A DNA stretch of 64,000 nucleotides. Source: an uncultured Bacteroidales bacterium (GTDB taxonomy: Bacteria > Bacteroidota > Bacteroidia > Bacteroidales > JAADJA01). Below the pieces are notes generated by a model. It was not told the DNA's origin, did not search any database, and saw nothing but the letters and a program-made list of their open reading frames with translations. Below are positions 9,261-19,146 of the stretch, piece by piece. Both the position numbers and the translations under genes were made by a program. Within the stretch, counting starts at the first letter, position 1, and each line of letters opens with the position of its first letter. The DNA is taken from contig CAVVMO010000004.1 of NCBI GenBank assembly GCA_963749345.1, forward strand, positions 3,053,358 through 3,117,357, given 5' to 3'.

Positions 9261-12170
9261 ATGTTTCGGAAATTTTATTTTATAAGTTTTGTTTTTTTAT
9301 TTGGGGTGAAGTCTTTTGCTTTTTCAGCTTCAGCTGATAGCAGAGGAGATATCGACAGCCTGTTAAAGTTATTACCCTATTACAATTCAACTCAAAAAGC
9401 CAATATTCTATTAGAGTTATCTCAGCAGTACCTTTCATTTTCAATGGATTCATCCAGAGAGTATGCATTAATGGCTTTAGCTAAGGCCAAAGAACTTAAA
9501 GATCAGAATTTGATTGCAGAAGCTTACAAAACACTTGGCAATATATATTATTATCAGGGAAATAATAACAAGGTGGTTGGCTATTATGATTCCAGCCTGG
9601 TTGCTTATACCATGATGCATGATTCAGCCGGTATGGCCAAAGTATGGAATAATCTTGGGCTCATTTACCAGCATCTGGGAAATTATCAAGTTTCGATTGA
9701 TTATAACCTTAAATCGCTTAAGTATAAAATGAGTATTAACGACTCTGTTGGGATCATTAGCTCTTATAATAATATTGGTTCAATCTATTACGACCTCGGA
9801 GAGTATATTAATTCTCAAAACTACTTTCTGAAGGCGCTTAGAATTTGTGAAAAATTACATAGTTACAAGTATTCCCCGGGTATATTGAATAATCTTGGAT
9901 TGATAAACCAGGAATTGGGTAATTATGAAAAGTCAATTGAATATCTGAATGAATCTTTGATTGCTTGTGAAAAAAACAACGATCAAAGAGGAACCGCAAC
10001 TGCCCACCATAATTTAGGGAAAGGCTTTTTTCTGCTTGGAGACTTTCAAAAAGCGAGTTACCATTATTTCACAGCAATTAAAATCTACGATATTGTCGGT
10101 ATTGAAAATAGCAATACAAATAATAATATAGGACAGTTTTACATCGAATTGGATTATAATAAACAGGCATTGAAATACCTTTACCAGGCTTTGGAAATTG
10201 CTAAAAAAAACAATCAATTTACAAGCCTTCGTGATATTTATAATAACCTTTCTGTTGCTTATGAAAGGCTTGGTCAGTTTGATAATGCTTATTCCAATTA
10301 TATCCTCTTTAAGATATACGATGATTCAATCAGAAACGAGAAGTTTTCCAGCCGCCTTGATAACATTCAATACGAGTCTTTACTTGATCGTAAACAGAAA
10401 GAAATGGAAAACCTCAACCTGGAAACACAATTGATGCTTGCAAATAAAGATTCTGCAATCCGTAACAGAAATTACGTTATATACTCATTTGTTGCAGGCA
10501 TTATTTCTATCCTTGCCATCACGATTGTTTTGCTGTTTATGTTCAGGAATAAAACCAAAGCAAATAAATTATTAAAGGAGCAAAATGAAGCCATAACCAG
10601 ATCGGAGAAGGTTATTGTCGAGATCAATAAAGCCCTTACACAAAATGAAGAAATGTTGCGCAGCGTATTTAATGCTTCACCCTCTTCCATTTTTGTTATT
10701 AACCAGGAATCTACTATTATTGATTGTAACCAAACCTGCCTTGCCATGCTTGGAGCAATAAATAAGGATGACATCCTGAATAAGAAAATCGATCAGTACT
10801 TTGTATCCGACCAGTTAAGTATTGCCAGGGATCGCTTTAACATGGCTTTTGAAACCGGGATATTTGAAAAAGATGAGTATTCACTTATCAGGAATGAAGG
10901 GTCGACATTTAATGCTGAAATTACCGGAGGATTAATTAAAGACAACACAGATAAATATATTGCCTGTGTGTTGATCGTTACCGACATTACTGAACGTCTT
11001 CATTTCATTGAAAACCTCAAGCATGCGAAAGCTGAAGCAGAAGAATCCGATCGGTTGAAGACGGCTTTCCTTGCCAACATGTCGCACGAAATCCGTACCC
11101 CAATGAATTCGATAATCGGTTTTTCAAATTTATTGAATGAAGCGGATATAAAACCGGATAAAAAAGAAAATTACCTTCAGCATATCCTTCAAAGCAGCAA
11201 ACTTTTGCTTAACCTGATTGACGACATTATTGATATTTCAAAAATTGAAGCAGGCCAGATCAACATTAACCCGGTGAGCTGCAATATCAATGAAATAGTG
11301 AAAGAAGTGTTTTTGTCCACCCGGGATACAAAGAAGAATGATAAAATTGAAATGCGGTTAAATCTTCCGGCGGACAGTGATGGGTATTCATTAAAGACCG
11401 ATCCTTTTAGGTTTAAGCAGATACTCAATAACCTGCTGAGTAATGCCCTGAAGTTTACTGAAAAAGGATTTGTGGAATTAGGTTACTATATCAGGAAAAA
11501 CGAAGACAAATCCACAATCGAATTTTATATTAAAGATACGGGAATTGGAATTCCGAAGGATAAACAAAGTGTTATCTTTGAAAGGTTCAGACAAATAGAT
11601 GATTCAAAAACCCGGCGATTTGGCGGAACCGGCCTGGGGTTATCCATTTCAAAACGATTGGTCGATCTTTTGGGCGGAAGCTTTTGGCTGGAATCAGAAA
11701 TAAACAAGGGTTCAATCTTTTATTTTTCATTACCTTATGAGAATGGGCGGCACGCAGAAATTATTCAGGCAGAACCGTTCAATGGCATTAAGTACGATTG
11801 GAAAGGCAAAACCATTCTGATTGCCGAGGATGAAAATTCAAATTTCGAACTTCTTAAGGCTTCAATTGGTCGAACCAAAATAAAAATCATCAGAGCAATG
11901 AATGGGGATGAGGCTGTTGAACTTGTTAAAAAGAACGACCATATTAATCTGGTGTTAATGGATATCAGGATGCCTAATCTGAACGGTTATGATGCAACAC
12001 GCCAAATTAAAATGTTAAAGCCAAAACTCCCTATTATTTCAATAACGGCCTATGCCATGACGGAAGATGAAACCAAAAGCCTTGAAGCAGGATGTGATAT
12101 GTATATTTCAAAACCAATCCGACCGTCCAATCTGCTGACTTTATTAAATGAATTTGTAGGTTCAGATTAA
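9261..12170 (+). CDS. TPR-repeat, single-TM, PAS hybrid sensor histidine kinase/response regulator
   Basis: Signal peptide, TPR-like repeats (NNLGLIYQHLGNY, NNIGSIYYDLGEY ...), and a TM segment. H-box ESDRLKTAFLANMSHEIRTPMNSIIGFSN, G-box FGGTGLGLSISKRL, receiver VLMDIRMPNLNGYD. Paralogous to the upstream kinase. Confidence 0.85.
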   Translation: MFRKFYFISFVFLFGVKSFAFSASADSRGDIDSLLKLLPYYNSTQKANILLELSQQYLSFSMDSSREYALMALAKAKELKDQNLIAEAYKTLGNIYYYQGNNNKVVGYYDSSLVAYTMMHDSAGMAKVWNNLGLIYQHLGNYQVSIDYNLKSLKYKMSINDSVGIISSYNNIGSIYYDLGEYINSQNYFLKALRICEKLHSYKYSPGILNNLGLINQELGNYEKSIEYLNESLIACEKNNDQRGTATAHHNLGKGFFLLGDFQKASYHYFTAIKIYDIVGIENSNTNNNIGQFYIELDYNKQALKYLYQALEIAKKNNQFTSLRDIYNNLSVAYERLGQFDNAYSNYILFKIYDDSIRNEKFSSRLDNIQYESLLDRKQKEMENLNLETQLMLANKDSAIRNRNYVIYSFVAGIISILAITIVLLFMFRNKTKANKLLKEQNEAITRSEKVIVEINKALTQNEEMLRSVFNASPSSIFVINQESTIIDCNQTCLAMLGAINKDDILNKKIDQYFVSDQLSIARDRFNMAFETGIFEKDEYSLIRNEGSTFNAEITGGLIKDNTDKYIACVLIVTDITERLHFIENLKHAKAEAEESDRLKTAFLANMSHEIRTPMNSIIGFSNLLNEADIKPDKKENYLQHILQSSKLLLNLIDDIIDISKIEAGQININPVSCNINEIVKEVFLSTRDTKKNDKIEMRLNLPADSDGYSLKTDPFRFKQILNNLLSNALKFTEKGFVELGYYIRKNEDKSTIEFYIKDTGIGIPKDKQSVIFERFRQIDDSKTRRFGGTGLGLSISKRLVDLLGGSFWLESEINKGSIFYFSLPYENGRHAEIIQAEPFNGIKYDWKGKTILIAEDENSNFELLKASIGRTKIKIIRAMNGDEAVELVKKNDHINLVLMDIRMPNLNGYDATRQIKMLKPKLPIISITAYAMTEDETKSLEAGCDMYISKPIRPSNLLTLLNEFVGSD

Positions 12171-13066
12171 ATTTTTTCCTGATTCAAAAATTTCCGGCTC
12201 AAATGCTGAACTGCTATCCCGCAAATAATCAGGAACAGGCCAATAATGGTTGAAAGTAAAATTTTTTCCCCTATCACACTTCTGATTACTATTAACGAAA
12301 TAAAGGGGGAAAGGTAAACTAAGTTGGATACCACGGCAGTGTTAGAGGAAAGCTTCAGAGCCTTAAGCCACAGGACATAAGTCAAACCCATTTCAAACAA
12401 GCCGATATATAACGCCCCTGTTAATCCTTTGAAGCCAATTAAATTGAATCCTGAAAAGCACATCAATGCGATAAATACATAAGCTGTCCCAAAAACGAAA
12501 TTCATAAACAGTTTTATTACCTCATCCCGCTGATCCTTCAAATTGAATATCCAGAACAACGCCCAAAAAACGCTGCTTCCAATAGCCAGTGCCACTCCCA
12601 AAGGTTCTTTAAACTCAAGTGTGGTGACTTTACCCTCGGTTGAAATAATTATGATTCCTGAAAAGCTGACAAGAATTGCAATAATGCTCATCCAATGAAT
12701 GCGTTGTTTCAATAAAGGTACCGAAAGCAAAACCAGGATGATAGGCCAGATGTAATTCAATGTGCCGGCTTCCTGTGCTTTAAGCAGTGAGTAGGCTTTA
12801 AATAACACAAGGTAGTATAAAAACGGATTGAGTATGCCCAAAAATGCTGAATGCATCAGATCCTGCTTAGTAGTCTTTTTTAGTAAGATTAATTTTCCCT
12901 GAATGGTTAGAATGATAAACAAAATTATACAGGAGAATAATGATGCAAAAAACAAAAGCTGGAAATAATCAAGATATTTCAGGGAAATTTTAAATGCAGA
13001 AGCCATCGTTGACCAAAGCAGGATTGTAACTATCGCATACAGGTATGCACGTTTTTGGTTGGTCAT
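12167..13066 (-). CDS. DMT-superfamily (EamA-like) transporter
   Basis: 299 aa with about 10 hydrophobic helices arranged as a duplicated EamA pattern. Its stop codon overlaps the stop of the convergent kinase gene (ttaa at 12167-12170). Confidence 0.75.
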   Translation of the reverse strand: MTNQKRAYLYAIVTILLWSTMASAFKISLKYLDYFQLLFFASLFSCIILFIILTIQGKLILLKKTTKQDLMHSAFLGILNPFLYYLVLFKAYSLLKAQEAGTLNYIWPIILVLLSVPLLKQRIHWMSIIAILVSFSGIIIISTEGKVTTLEFKEPLGVALAIGSSVFWALFWIFNLKDQRDEVIKLFMNFVFGTAYVFIALMCFSGFNLIGFKGLTGALYIGLFEMGLTYVLWLKALKLSSNTAVVSNLVYLSPFISLIVIRSVIGEKILLSTIIGLFLIICGIAVQHLSRKFLNQEKI

Positions 13067-13104
13067 GCTTTAACAATGATGATTAAATGACAAATAAATG
13101 AGCT

Positions 13105-13791
13105 TCAAAATATTTTATCAAATTGATTCGAGATGAAGCCATAAATAAAAACTATTTTGTTTCGAAGTTCATCTTTTAATATCCGGTTCAAAATCTGACT
13201 AATGAATTCGTGATGGACATCCTTATACAACACCCAATAGTCCTGCAGGCCTTGCAAATGATAAGAATAGGATGCAAAATAAGTATTGGGAAATTTGATC
13301 AAACCCGAAATCCTGTATATGTGCAAAGGTGCACTAATTACTACGACAGTATCGAAGTTGTACCGGCTAATGATTTTTTGTGCTTCCCACCAATTGGTTA
13401 TCGTATTATATGATGCCGAATCGTAAATGATATCTTTAGGGGGAACGTTGTGTTCAATCAGGTAATTTTTCATCAAATGAGGTTTTCCTTTCCAATACCT
13501 GTAATCATAACCTCCCACGCAGATAACTTTTTTTATTCTGCCGGTTTTGTAAAGTGTAACTGCCTTTCCTGCCCTGTTTTTACTATCGGCACCAAGTATT
13601 TTTCCATCCTCATCATAGTCGCCGAAAAACAGGATACCTGCATCACCTTTCAGATTTTCAGGCTGTCTGTTTACAAAAGAACGGACATGATTAAAATAAA
13701 TATAAACAGCCACTATATCAACCAGGAGGACAAATATGAATATCCCGGTGAATAGAAGAAACCCTTTTATTTCTGATCTAATCCTTTGCAT
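13105..13791 (-). CDS. DUF218 (YdcF/ElyC/SanA-like) membrane-anchored protein
   Basis: N-terminal TM, then GILFFGDYDEDG...KKVICVGG...VVVISAPLHIYR, which resembles the DUF218 Rossmann-like core. Confidence 0.55.
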   Translation of the reverse strand: MQRIRSEIKGFLLFTGIFIFVLLVDIVAVYIYFNHVRSFVNRQPENLKGDAGILFFGDYDEDGKILGADSKNRAGKAVTLYKTGRIKKVICVGGYDYRYWKGKPHLMKNYLIEHNVPPKDIIYDSASYNTITNWWEAQKIISRYNFDTVVVISAPLHIYRISGLIKFPNTYFASYSYHLQGLQDYWVLYKDVHHEFISQILNRILKDELRNKIVFIYGFISNQFDKIF

Positions 13792-13823
13792 TTACCGGTA
13801 CAAACTTAATTTAAATTTACATT

Positions 13824-15194
13824 TTAAAAAAGGTAACCGATTCCAATATACAATCCATTTTTACCATCACGATTATCCAGTGCGATTCCATAATCGGCAG
13901 CAATTACAAAGTTCTCGTTAATAGCTATTCTGAGTCCACCACCAGCAGCCCAATGCAGAGATTCGTCTCCTTTGGAAAAATGCTGAGCAGATTCTGTATC
14001 TGTTTCGTTCGATTCAAAATCAATCTTCCTGATAACAGTCCCAACGTCAGCGAATGCATTCAACCCAAGGTAAATATTTTGATTCCAGAGGGTAGTCTTT
14101 AAAAATTTCCATCGGGCTTCCAGGTTTCCGTAAGCAATTCCGTCGCCAACCACCCTGTTTCGCAAAATCCCCCGGATCGTTTTTTCTCCTCCGAGTCCGT
14201 CGGTGGTGGTTGTTTTAGCATATGAAGAGATCATATAGGGTTGCATATAAAATGGCACTTTCCCGGCAATGGTTCCCTGGTATCCAAGCCGGTAAACAAA
14301 ACTCAGCTTATCTTTTACAATAGTGAAATATTGACGGTGTGTGATGGCAATCTTAATGTATGAAAAGTCTTTGTTCCCAAGAATTTCAGGTGCCATAAAC
14401 AACAGGACTTCTGTCCAAATTCCTTTCATGGGATTAGCTTCAGTGGACCGCGTGTCAAATATGAGGCCAGCTTTGAAATAGGGAATTTTCCCGCCATTTT
14501 TTTCATTCTCCCCAATGATTCCCCAATTGATATAATTATCATACAACAATGCCGTATCAGGTAATTTTTCTGAATCATTTTTTCCTTTATTCAACTTATC
14601 AATATTTACTGTTGAAACACGGGTATCAAAATAGCCCAAACCTCCAAGCCATAAGAACTTTTTTGTATATAGTTTGCCCTGTAAATCAATCGTAAATCTT
14701 GTAAATTTCCGCTGATGACGGTAAAATACCCGTGAGATATATTGTCCATTTTCGTTTGAATCATCCTCTAAATCGGGATTATAAATTACATCATAACCAT
14801 TGAATCCATAAAAATCCAAAGCCTGTTGAGTGAGATAGCTCAGGTCTGCTGTAATCCTGAGATTGTATGGAAGGAGATACTTCGAATCAAAAAACAACTG
14901 ATTAATTCCGCTGCCTTTTGTCGTGCGGGATATTTCGGAGTATAATGAGTATTTGTAATCGGGATACAATGTTCCATCGCCATAATTGTATAAGTCAAGC
15001 AATACGCCATACTGAAATCCCATATCAGAATTATACCCAATTACCGGGAAAGGATTCCAGCTGAGCCCTTTCTTTTTTTTCTCTTCCTTTTTTCCGGGAA
15101 TACTATCGTTCGAATTTTGACAATTGATGGTGCTTTCCTGCGATAGCATGAACAGGAAGACGATTAGAAATGTGAACTTTATCATATTTTTCAT
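13824..15194 (-). CDS. Omp85/surface-antigen-like outer-membrane beta-barrel protein
   Basis: Signal peptide, alternating beta-strand pattern, and C-terminal ...NGLYIGIGYLF ending in F, typical of an OMP beta-signal. Confidence 0.55.
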   Translation of the reverse strand: MKNMIKFTFLIVFLFMLSQESTINCQNSNDSIPGKKEEKKKKGLSWNPFPVIGYNSDMGFQYGVLLDLYNYGDGTLYPDYKYSLYSEISRTTKGSGINQLFFDSKYLLPYNLRITADLSYLTQQALDFYGFNGYDVIYNPDLEDDSNENGQYISRVFYRHQRKFTRFTIDLQGKLYTKKFLWLGGLGYFDTRVSTVNIDKLNKGKNDSEKLPDTALLYDNYINWGIIGENEKNGGKIPYFKAGLIFDTRSTEANPMKGIWTEVLLFMAPEILGNKDFSYIKIAITHRQYFTIVKDKLSFVYRLGYQGTIAGKVPFYMQPYMISSYAKTTTTDGLGGEKTIRGILRNRVVGDGIAYGNLEARWKFLKTTLWNQNIYLGLNAFADVGTVIRKIDFESNETDTESAQHFSKGDESLHWAAGGGLRIAINENFVIAADYGIALDNRDGKNGLYIGIGYLF

Positions 15195-15420
15195 TGGCTG
15201 AATTTTGATATTGTTATTAATTCAAATTTCATTGTATAAAGATACTTCAGTTATTTCAAACAGAAACGGCAACAAAAATTCACGAGGTCATAAATTAGAA
15301 ATATTGAGTTCATTGAAGTCACATTCTTTCAGATATCGGAATTATAAAATAAAAGACAGGATTCAAGTTTTAAATTTGCAAAAATTCATAGTTTTGTCCC
15401 TGATTTAAAGAACAGACTTC

Positions 15421-16365
15421 ATGAAAAAATTAGCCGTTGTGGCTTTCGGTGGGAATGCCCTTTTACAGTCAAATCAAAAAGGGACAATAGATGAGCAGGA
15501 GAAGAATGCTTTTGAAGCCAGTAAAAATCTGTTGAATCTGTTAAAGAATAACTACAACATAGTTATCACACATGGAAATGGACCGCAGGTTGGTAACATT
15601 TTATTATCCGACCAGGCAGGCAGCAAAATGCATGGATTACCGCCAATGCCTCTCGATATTTGCGTGGCTTATTCTCAGGGTTTTATTGGTTACATTATTG
15701 AGCAGCAACTGAGAAATGTGCTGGAAGCAAACGACATGGACCGGGATATCATGACCATCATTACCCAGGTGCTGGTGAACAAAGATGATCCTGCGTTTGA
15801 AAAACCGACAAAACCGATCGGACCTTATTATTCAAAGGAGGAGGCTCAGAAAATCATGAAAGAGTCCGGTTCTGTTTTTGTCGAAGATAAGAAAAGGGGT
15901 GGCTGGAGAAAAGTAGTTGCATCCCCAAGGCCCCTGGTAATAAGCAATAAAAAGTCTATTGAACAGCTTGCCCGAAATGGGCAGATTGTAATTGCAGTGG
16001 GAGGCGGCGGAATTCCGGCATTCTATGTTGAGCCCAACAAATTGCAGGGTATTGATGCAGTAATAGATAAAGATCTTGCATCATCCTTACTTGCAAAACA
16101 GATCGGAGCGGATAAATTATTTATCCTTACCGATGTAGCTAAAGTTTGCTTAAATTACAATACTCCTCAGGAAAAGGTGATTGACCGAATGACGATTGCT
16201 ACAGCAAAAAAGTACCTTATTGAAGGTCAATTTGCAGAAGGAAGCATGGCACCAAAAATACGTGCGGCAATTGATTTCGTTGAAAATACAGGCAAAGACG
16301 CAATCATCACCAAAACCACTCTGCTTGGTGTGGATGATGGTGGTACCAGAATAGTAATGGTCTAA
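15421..16365 (+). CDS. arcC: Carbamate kinase
   Basis: KLAVVAFGGNALL, ITHGNGPQVG and VAVGGGGIP motifs. 314 aa. Confidence 0.9.
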   Translation: MKKLAVVAFGGNALLQSNQKGTIDEQEKNAFEASKNLLNLLKNNYNIVITHGNGPQVGNILLSDQAGSKMHGLPPMPLDICVAYSQGFIGYIIEQQLRNVLEANDMDRDIMTIITQVLVNKDDPAFEKPTKPIGPYYSKEEAQKIMKESGSVFVEDKKRGGWRKVVASPRPLVISNKKSIEQLARNGQIVIAVGGGGIPAFYVEPNKLQGIDAVIDKDLASSLLAKQIGADKLFILTDVAKVCLNYNTPQEKVIDRMTIATAKKYLIEGQFAEGSMAPKIRAAIDFVENTGKDAIITKTTLLGVDDGGTRIVMV

Positions 16366-16414
16366 TTATAATTAAATCTAAAATCGTAAATCATTTATCT
16401 AAATCATAAATCGT

Positions 16415-17416
16415 ATGGGTTATAATCTCAGAAACAGACACTTTTTAAAATTATTGGATTTCACTCCGGAAGAAATTAAGTTCTTGCTCAGTTTATCGGC
16501 AGACCTTAAAAAAGCTAAGTATTCAGGCACCGAGCAACCCAGGCTTAAGGGAAAGAATATCGCATTGATCTTTGAAAAAGCTTCAACCCGCACCAGGTGT
16601 GCATTTGAAGTGGCTGCCTTCGATCAGGGTGCACAGGTTACTTATCTGGGTCCTTCAGGTTCACAAATTGGCCAGAAGGAAACCATGAAAGATACAGCAC
16701 GTGTTCTTGGCAGGATGTATGACGGCATAGAGTATCGTGGTTACGGTCAGGAAATTGTTGAGGAACTTGCTCAATATGCGGGTGTTCCCGTCTGGAATGG
16801 TCTCACCAATGAATTTCATCCCACTCAAATTCTGGCTGATTTTCTTACCATGACAGAACATTCAGATAAACCGCTGAATCAAATTTCATTTGCATATTGT
16901 GGTGATGCCAGGAACAATATGGGGAATTCACTGATGGTTGGCGCTGCCAAGATGGGTATGGATTACAGGGCTGTAGCTCCAAAATCCGGGCATCCCGACA
17001 AAGCCCTGGTGAAAAAATGCCTTGACATGGCCAAAACAACAGGCACGAAGATCACCATTACTGAGAATGTTGCTGAGGGTGTTAAAGGAGTAGATTTCAT
17101 TTATACCGATGTTTGGCTTTCGATGGGGGAAGACGCATCACTCTGGGCAAAAAGGATCAAGGAGATGCTTCCTTACCAGGTAAATGCTAAAATGCTTAAA
17201 AAGACAGGAAATCCAAAAGTAAAATTTCTGCATTGCCTGCCTGCATTCCACAACAGGGATACAAAAGTGGGGGAGGAGATTTATCAGAAATATGGCATTG
17301 ACGGCATGGAAGTAACTGAAGAAGTTTTCGAATCAGAAGCATCTATCGTCTTTGACCAGGCTGAAAACAGGTTACATACCATAAAGGCTGTTATGGTTGC
17401 AACGCTTGGAAGCTAA
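16415..17416 (+). CDS. argF: Ornithine carbamoyltransferase
   Basis: [13 protein letters not shown] (STRTR), [14 protein letters not shown] (ornithine-binding DxxxSMG) and HCLPAFH. The SMG motif argues for OTC rather than putrescine carbamoyltransferase. Confidence 0.9.
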   Translation: MGYNLRNRHFLKLLDFTPEEIKFLLSLSADLKKAKYSGTEQPRLKGKNIALIFEKASTRTRCAFEVAAFDQGAQVTYLGPSGSQIGQKETMKDTARVLGRMYDGIEYRGYGQEIVEELAQYAGVPVWNGLTNEFHPTQILADFLTMTEHSDKPLNQISFAYCGDARNNMGNSLMVGAAKMGMDYRAVAPKSGHPDKALVKKCLDMAKTTGTKITITENVAEGVKGVDFIYTDVWLSMGEDASLWAKRIKEMLPYQVNAKMLKKTGNPKVKFLHCLPAFHNRDTKVGEEIYQKYGIDGMEVTEEVFESEASIVFDQAENRLHTIKAVMVATLGS

Positions 17417-17447
17417 TAAGAGATCAAAACTTTTAAAGCGAAAATAC

Positions 17448-17831
17448 ATGCGTGTTACAGGAGAGAATAAACTCAGAAACCTTATTGTGGTTGGGGATAA
17501 AATCCTGATCAAACCTGTGAAGCATGATTCCAAATCCAAGGGCGGATTATTGCTTCCTCCGGGTTATAAGGAGAAGGAAGATGTGCAGTCGGGGTATGTG
17601 ATCAAAGTTGGACCCGGATATCCGATCCCTATACCTGCAGACGATGCTGATGAGCCCTGGAAAAAGTCTGATGAAAAGATTAAGTACATTCCACTACAGG
17701 CAAAAGAGGGCGATTTGGCGATTTTTCTTCAGAAAGGAGCTGTTGAGGTGATTTATGAGAACGAAAAGTATTATATCGTTCCTCAGTATTCTATTCTATT
17801 GCTTGAAAGGGATGATTCGCTTTTTGAATAA
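17448..17831 (+). CDS. GroES/Cpn10-family-like small protein
   Basis: I start at the ATG at 17448 rather than the longer track ORF. VGDKILIKP...KGGLLLP...GYVIKVGPG...AKEGDLAIF follows the GroES strand pattern with an insert. Confidence 0.5.
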   Translation: MRVTGENKLRNLIVVGDKILIKPVKHDSKSKGGLLLPPGYKEKEDVQSGYVIKVGPGYPIPIPADDADEPWKKSDEKIKYIPLQAKEGDLAIFLQKGAVEVIYENEKYYIVPQYSILLLERDDSLFE

Positions 17832-17850
17832 AATCATGGATAATCAAAAA

Positions 17851-17878
17851 AACCTTCAATTGACTTGAAGGTTTTTTA
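17851..17878. terminator. Bidirectional rho-independent terminator hairpin
   Basis: aaccttcaa(17851-17859)/ttgaaggtt(17865-17873) form a 9-bp perfect stem with a 5-nt loop. It is flanked by an A-run upstream and a T-run downstream. Confidence 0.7.
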
Positions 17879-17879
17879 T

Positions 17880-17929
17880 GTGATCCCGGCGGGATTAGAA
17901 TCTGCGACCCTATGCTTAAAAGACAAGCA
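17880..17929 (-). pseudogene. Degenerate 3' half of a tRNA (anticodon-arm-like CTT/Lys loop, mutated T-arm, acceptor 3' strand), possible att relic
   Basis: The reverse complement reads tgctt-gtcttttaagca (5-bp stem, 7-nt loop) ...gcagattctaatcccgccgggatcac. Compared with a canonical gcgggttcgaatcccgc T-arm there are three substitutions, and there is no 5' acceptor strand or D-arm. Confidence 0.45.
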
Positions 17930-18246
17930 CAGAACAGTTCATTTTTGACTTAGTCAAACAAGGTTTTACTAAGCAAGATGCAAAGAAAATCCTAAAGCAG
18001 TTACTTCAGGAAGAAAGTAAACACAGGGATGTATTCGTTTTTAAAACACCTGATTAAGGTGTTTTTTTAAATTTTGTTTTCAAATTAAGCGGTAATTTTG
18101 AGCACAAAATACTTAAATGAGTTTGTCAAAACATAAAAATCCATTTTTGAGGCACCGTGAAACTCATTTTTTTCTTTACAATATAAGCGCCTGATTGGCC
18201 ATAAGCACTTTTGAGATTATAGAATTTATAATGTGAATAATTTCAA

Positions 18247-19146
18247 TTAGCTAAATAATTTCAATCCCCAGCTAATACAATTCAGCACCCCATCGTGCTT
18301 TGCAATGGCATTTGAAGGAACCGGAACCACATTTTCCCGGCCAAACAAATTCTGAAAATCAGAAATTGCCTTTTCATCGAGTTTTTTAGTATTAAAAGTT
18401 GGAAGGAAGATCAGTTTCCCGATTTGAAGGTAATTAATGTAGAAATTTCCATCGTAATCTTTATGCGGAATAACAGCTTTTATTGTTAATCCACTTGACT
18501 TTATTGTTTCCCGGAACAAACGGAGCTTTCGGGAAAAATGCAAAGGGTACAAGCGATTTGGTTTATCATCGTTGATCAGCACTTCTTTTTCGCTGTAAAA
18601 TCTCACCATGCCATCTGCATGGCCATATGTATCAGCAGGCAAACGGGGAATGATGACAACATGTTTGACCCGAAAGTCCTCTTTGATTTGATTGATGATA
18701 ATTTGCTTTTGCTCCGGAGTCACCTTATCAAGTTTTGAAATCGGTAGTCCAAGGTTTTCAGTAAATACTTTTTCAGTCAGTATCACTTTATCTTTTGATG
18801 TAATTACATTCCCGCCATCAAGGATTAATTTACTTGGTTTGATTTTAAATCCCAATTCTTTGATCCCGTTTTGCGCTATCACCTGGTCAACATCACTCCT
18901 GCTTTTCTCATGTTCTTTTGTCCTGAGGTAATCTGGATCGTAACTATATTGCAGCAAGGTTTTCTTATCGATTTGAATGGGCATATAATCCCGGCACCAG
19001 ATATCCTTGGTTCCGTTTAACAACCTTGGCTCTATGCATTTATCCCTGAGTGCTTTTTCGAGCCGTTTCCAAAAAGGTTTGAATTCCTTCTTTTCTGATA
19101 GCTGGCTGCTGAAAAAGACGGTGTTAGTTTCGCTATTTGTTATCAT
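18247..19146 (-). CDS. Agmatine deiminase / PAD_porph-family (guanidino-group-modifying enzyme fold) protein, short form
   Basis: DIWCRDYMPIQ, LILDGGNV, GHADGMVRF and the C-terminal catalytic-Cys context GVLNCISWG. 299 aa. Confidence 0.55.
   Translation of the reverse strand: MITNSETNTVFFSSQLSEKKEFKPFWKRLEKALRDKCIEPRLLNGTKDIWCRDYMPIQIDKKTLLQYSYDPDYLRTKEHEKSRSDVDQVIAQNGIKELGFKIKPSKLILDGGNVITSKDKVILTEKVFTENLGLPISKLDKVTPEQKQIIINQIKEDFRVKHVVIIPRLPADTYGHADGMVRFYSEKEVLINDDKPNRLYPLHFSRKLRLFRETIKSSGLTIKAVIPHKDYDGNFYINYLQIGKLIFLPTFNTKKLDEKAISDFQNLFGRENVVPVPSNAIAKHDGVLNCISWGLKLFS

Noticed and set aside
17880-17955. Calling a functional tRNA-Lys at the left island border
   Set aside because: Only an anticodon-arm-like hairpin and a mutated T-arm are present. 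The expected 5' acceptor strand (gatcccg) and D-arm are absent, and position 37 of the loop is a pyrimidine.
17932-18068. Short frame ...FDLVKQGFTKQDAKKILKQLLQEESKHRDVFVFKTPD* followed by the hairpin aaacacctgattaaggtgttttttt
   Set aside because: It is too short and has no start codon, so it cannot be called a gene. It is probably a gene-end relic plus terminator left at the island border.
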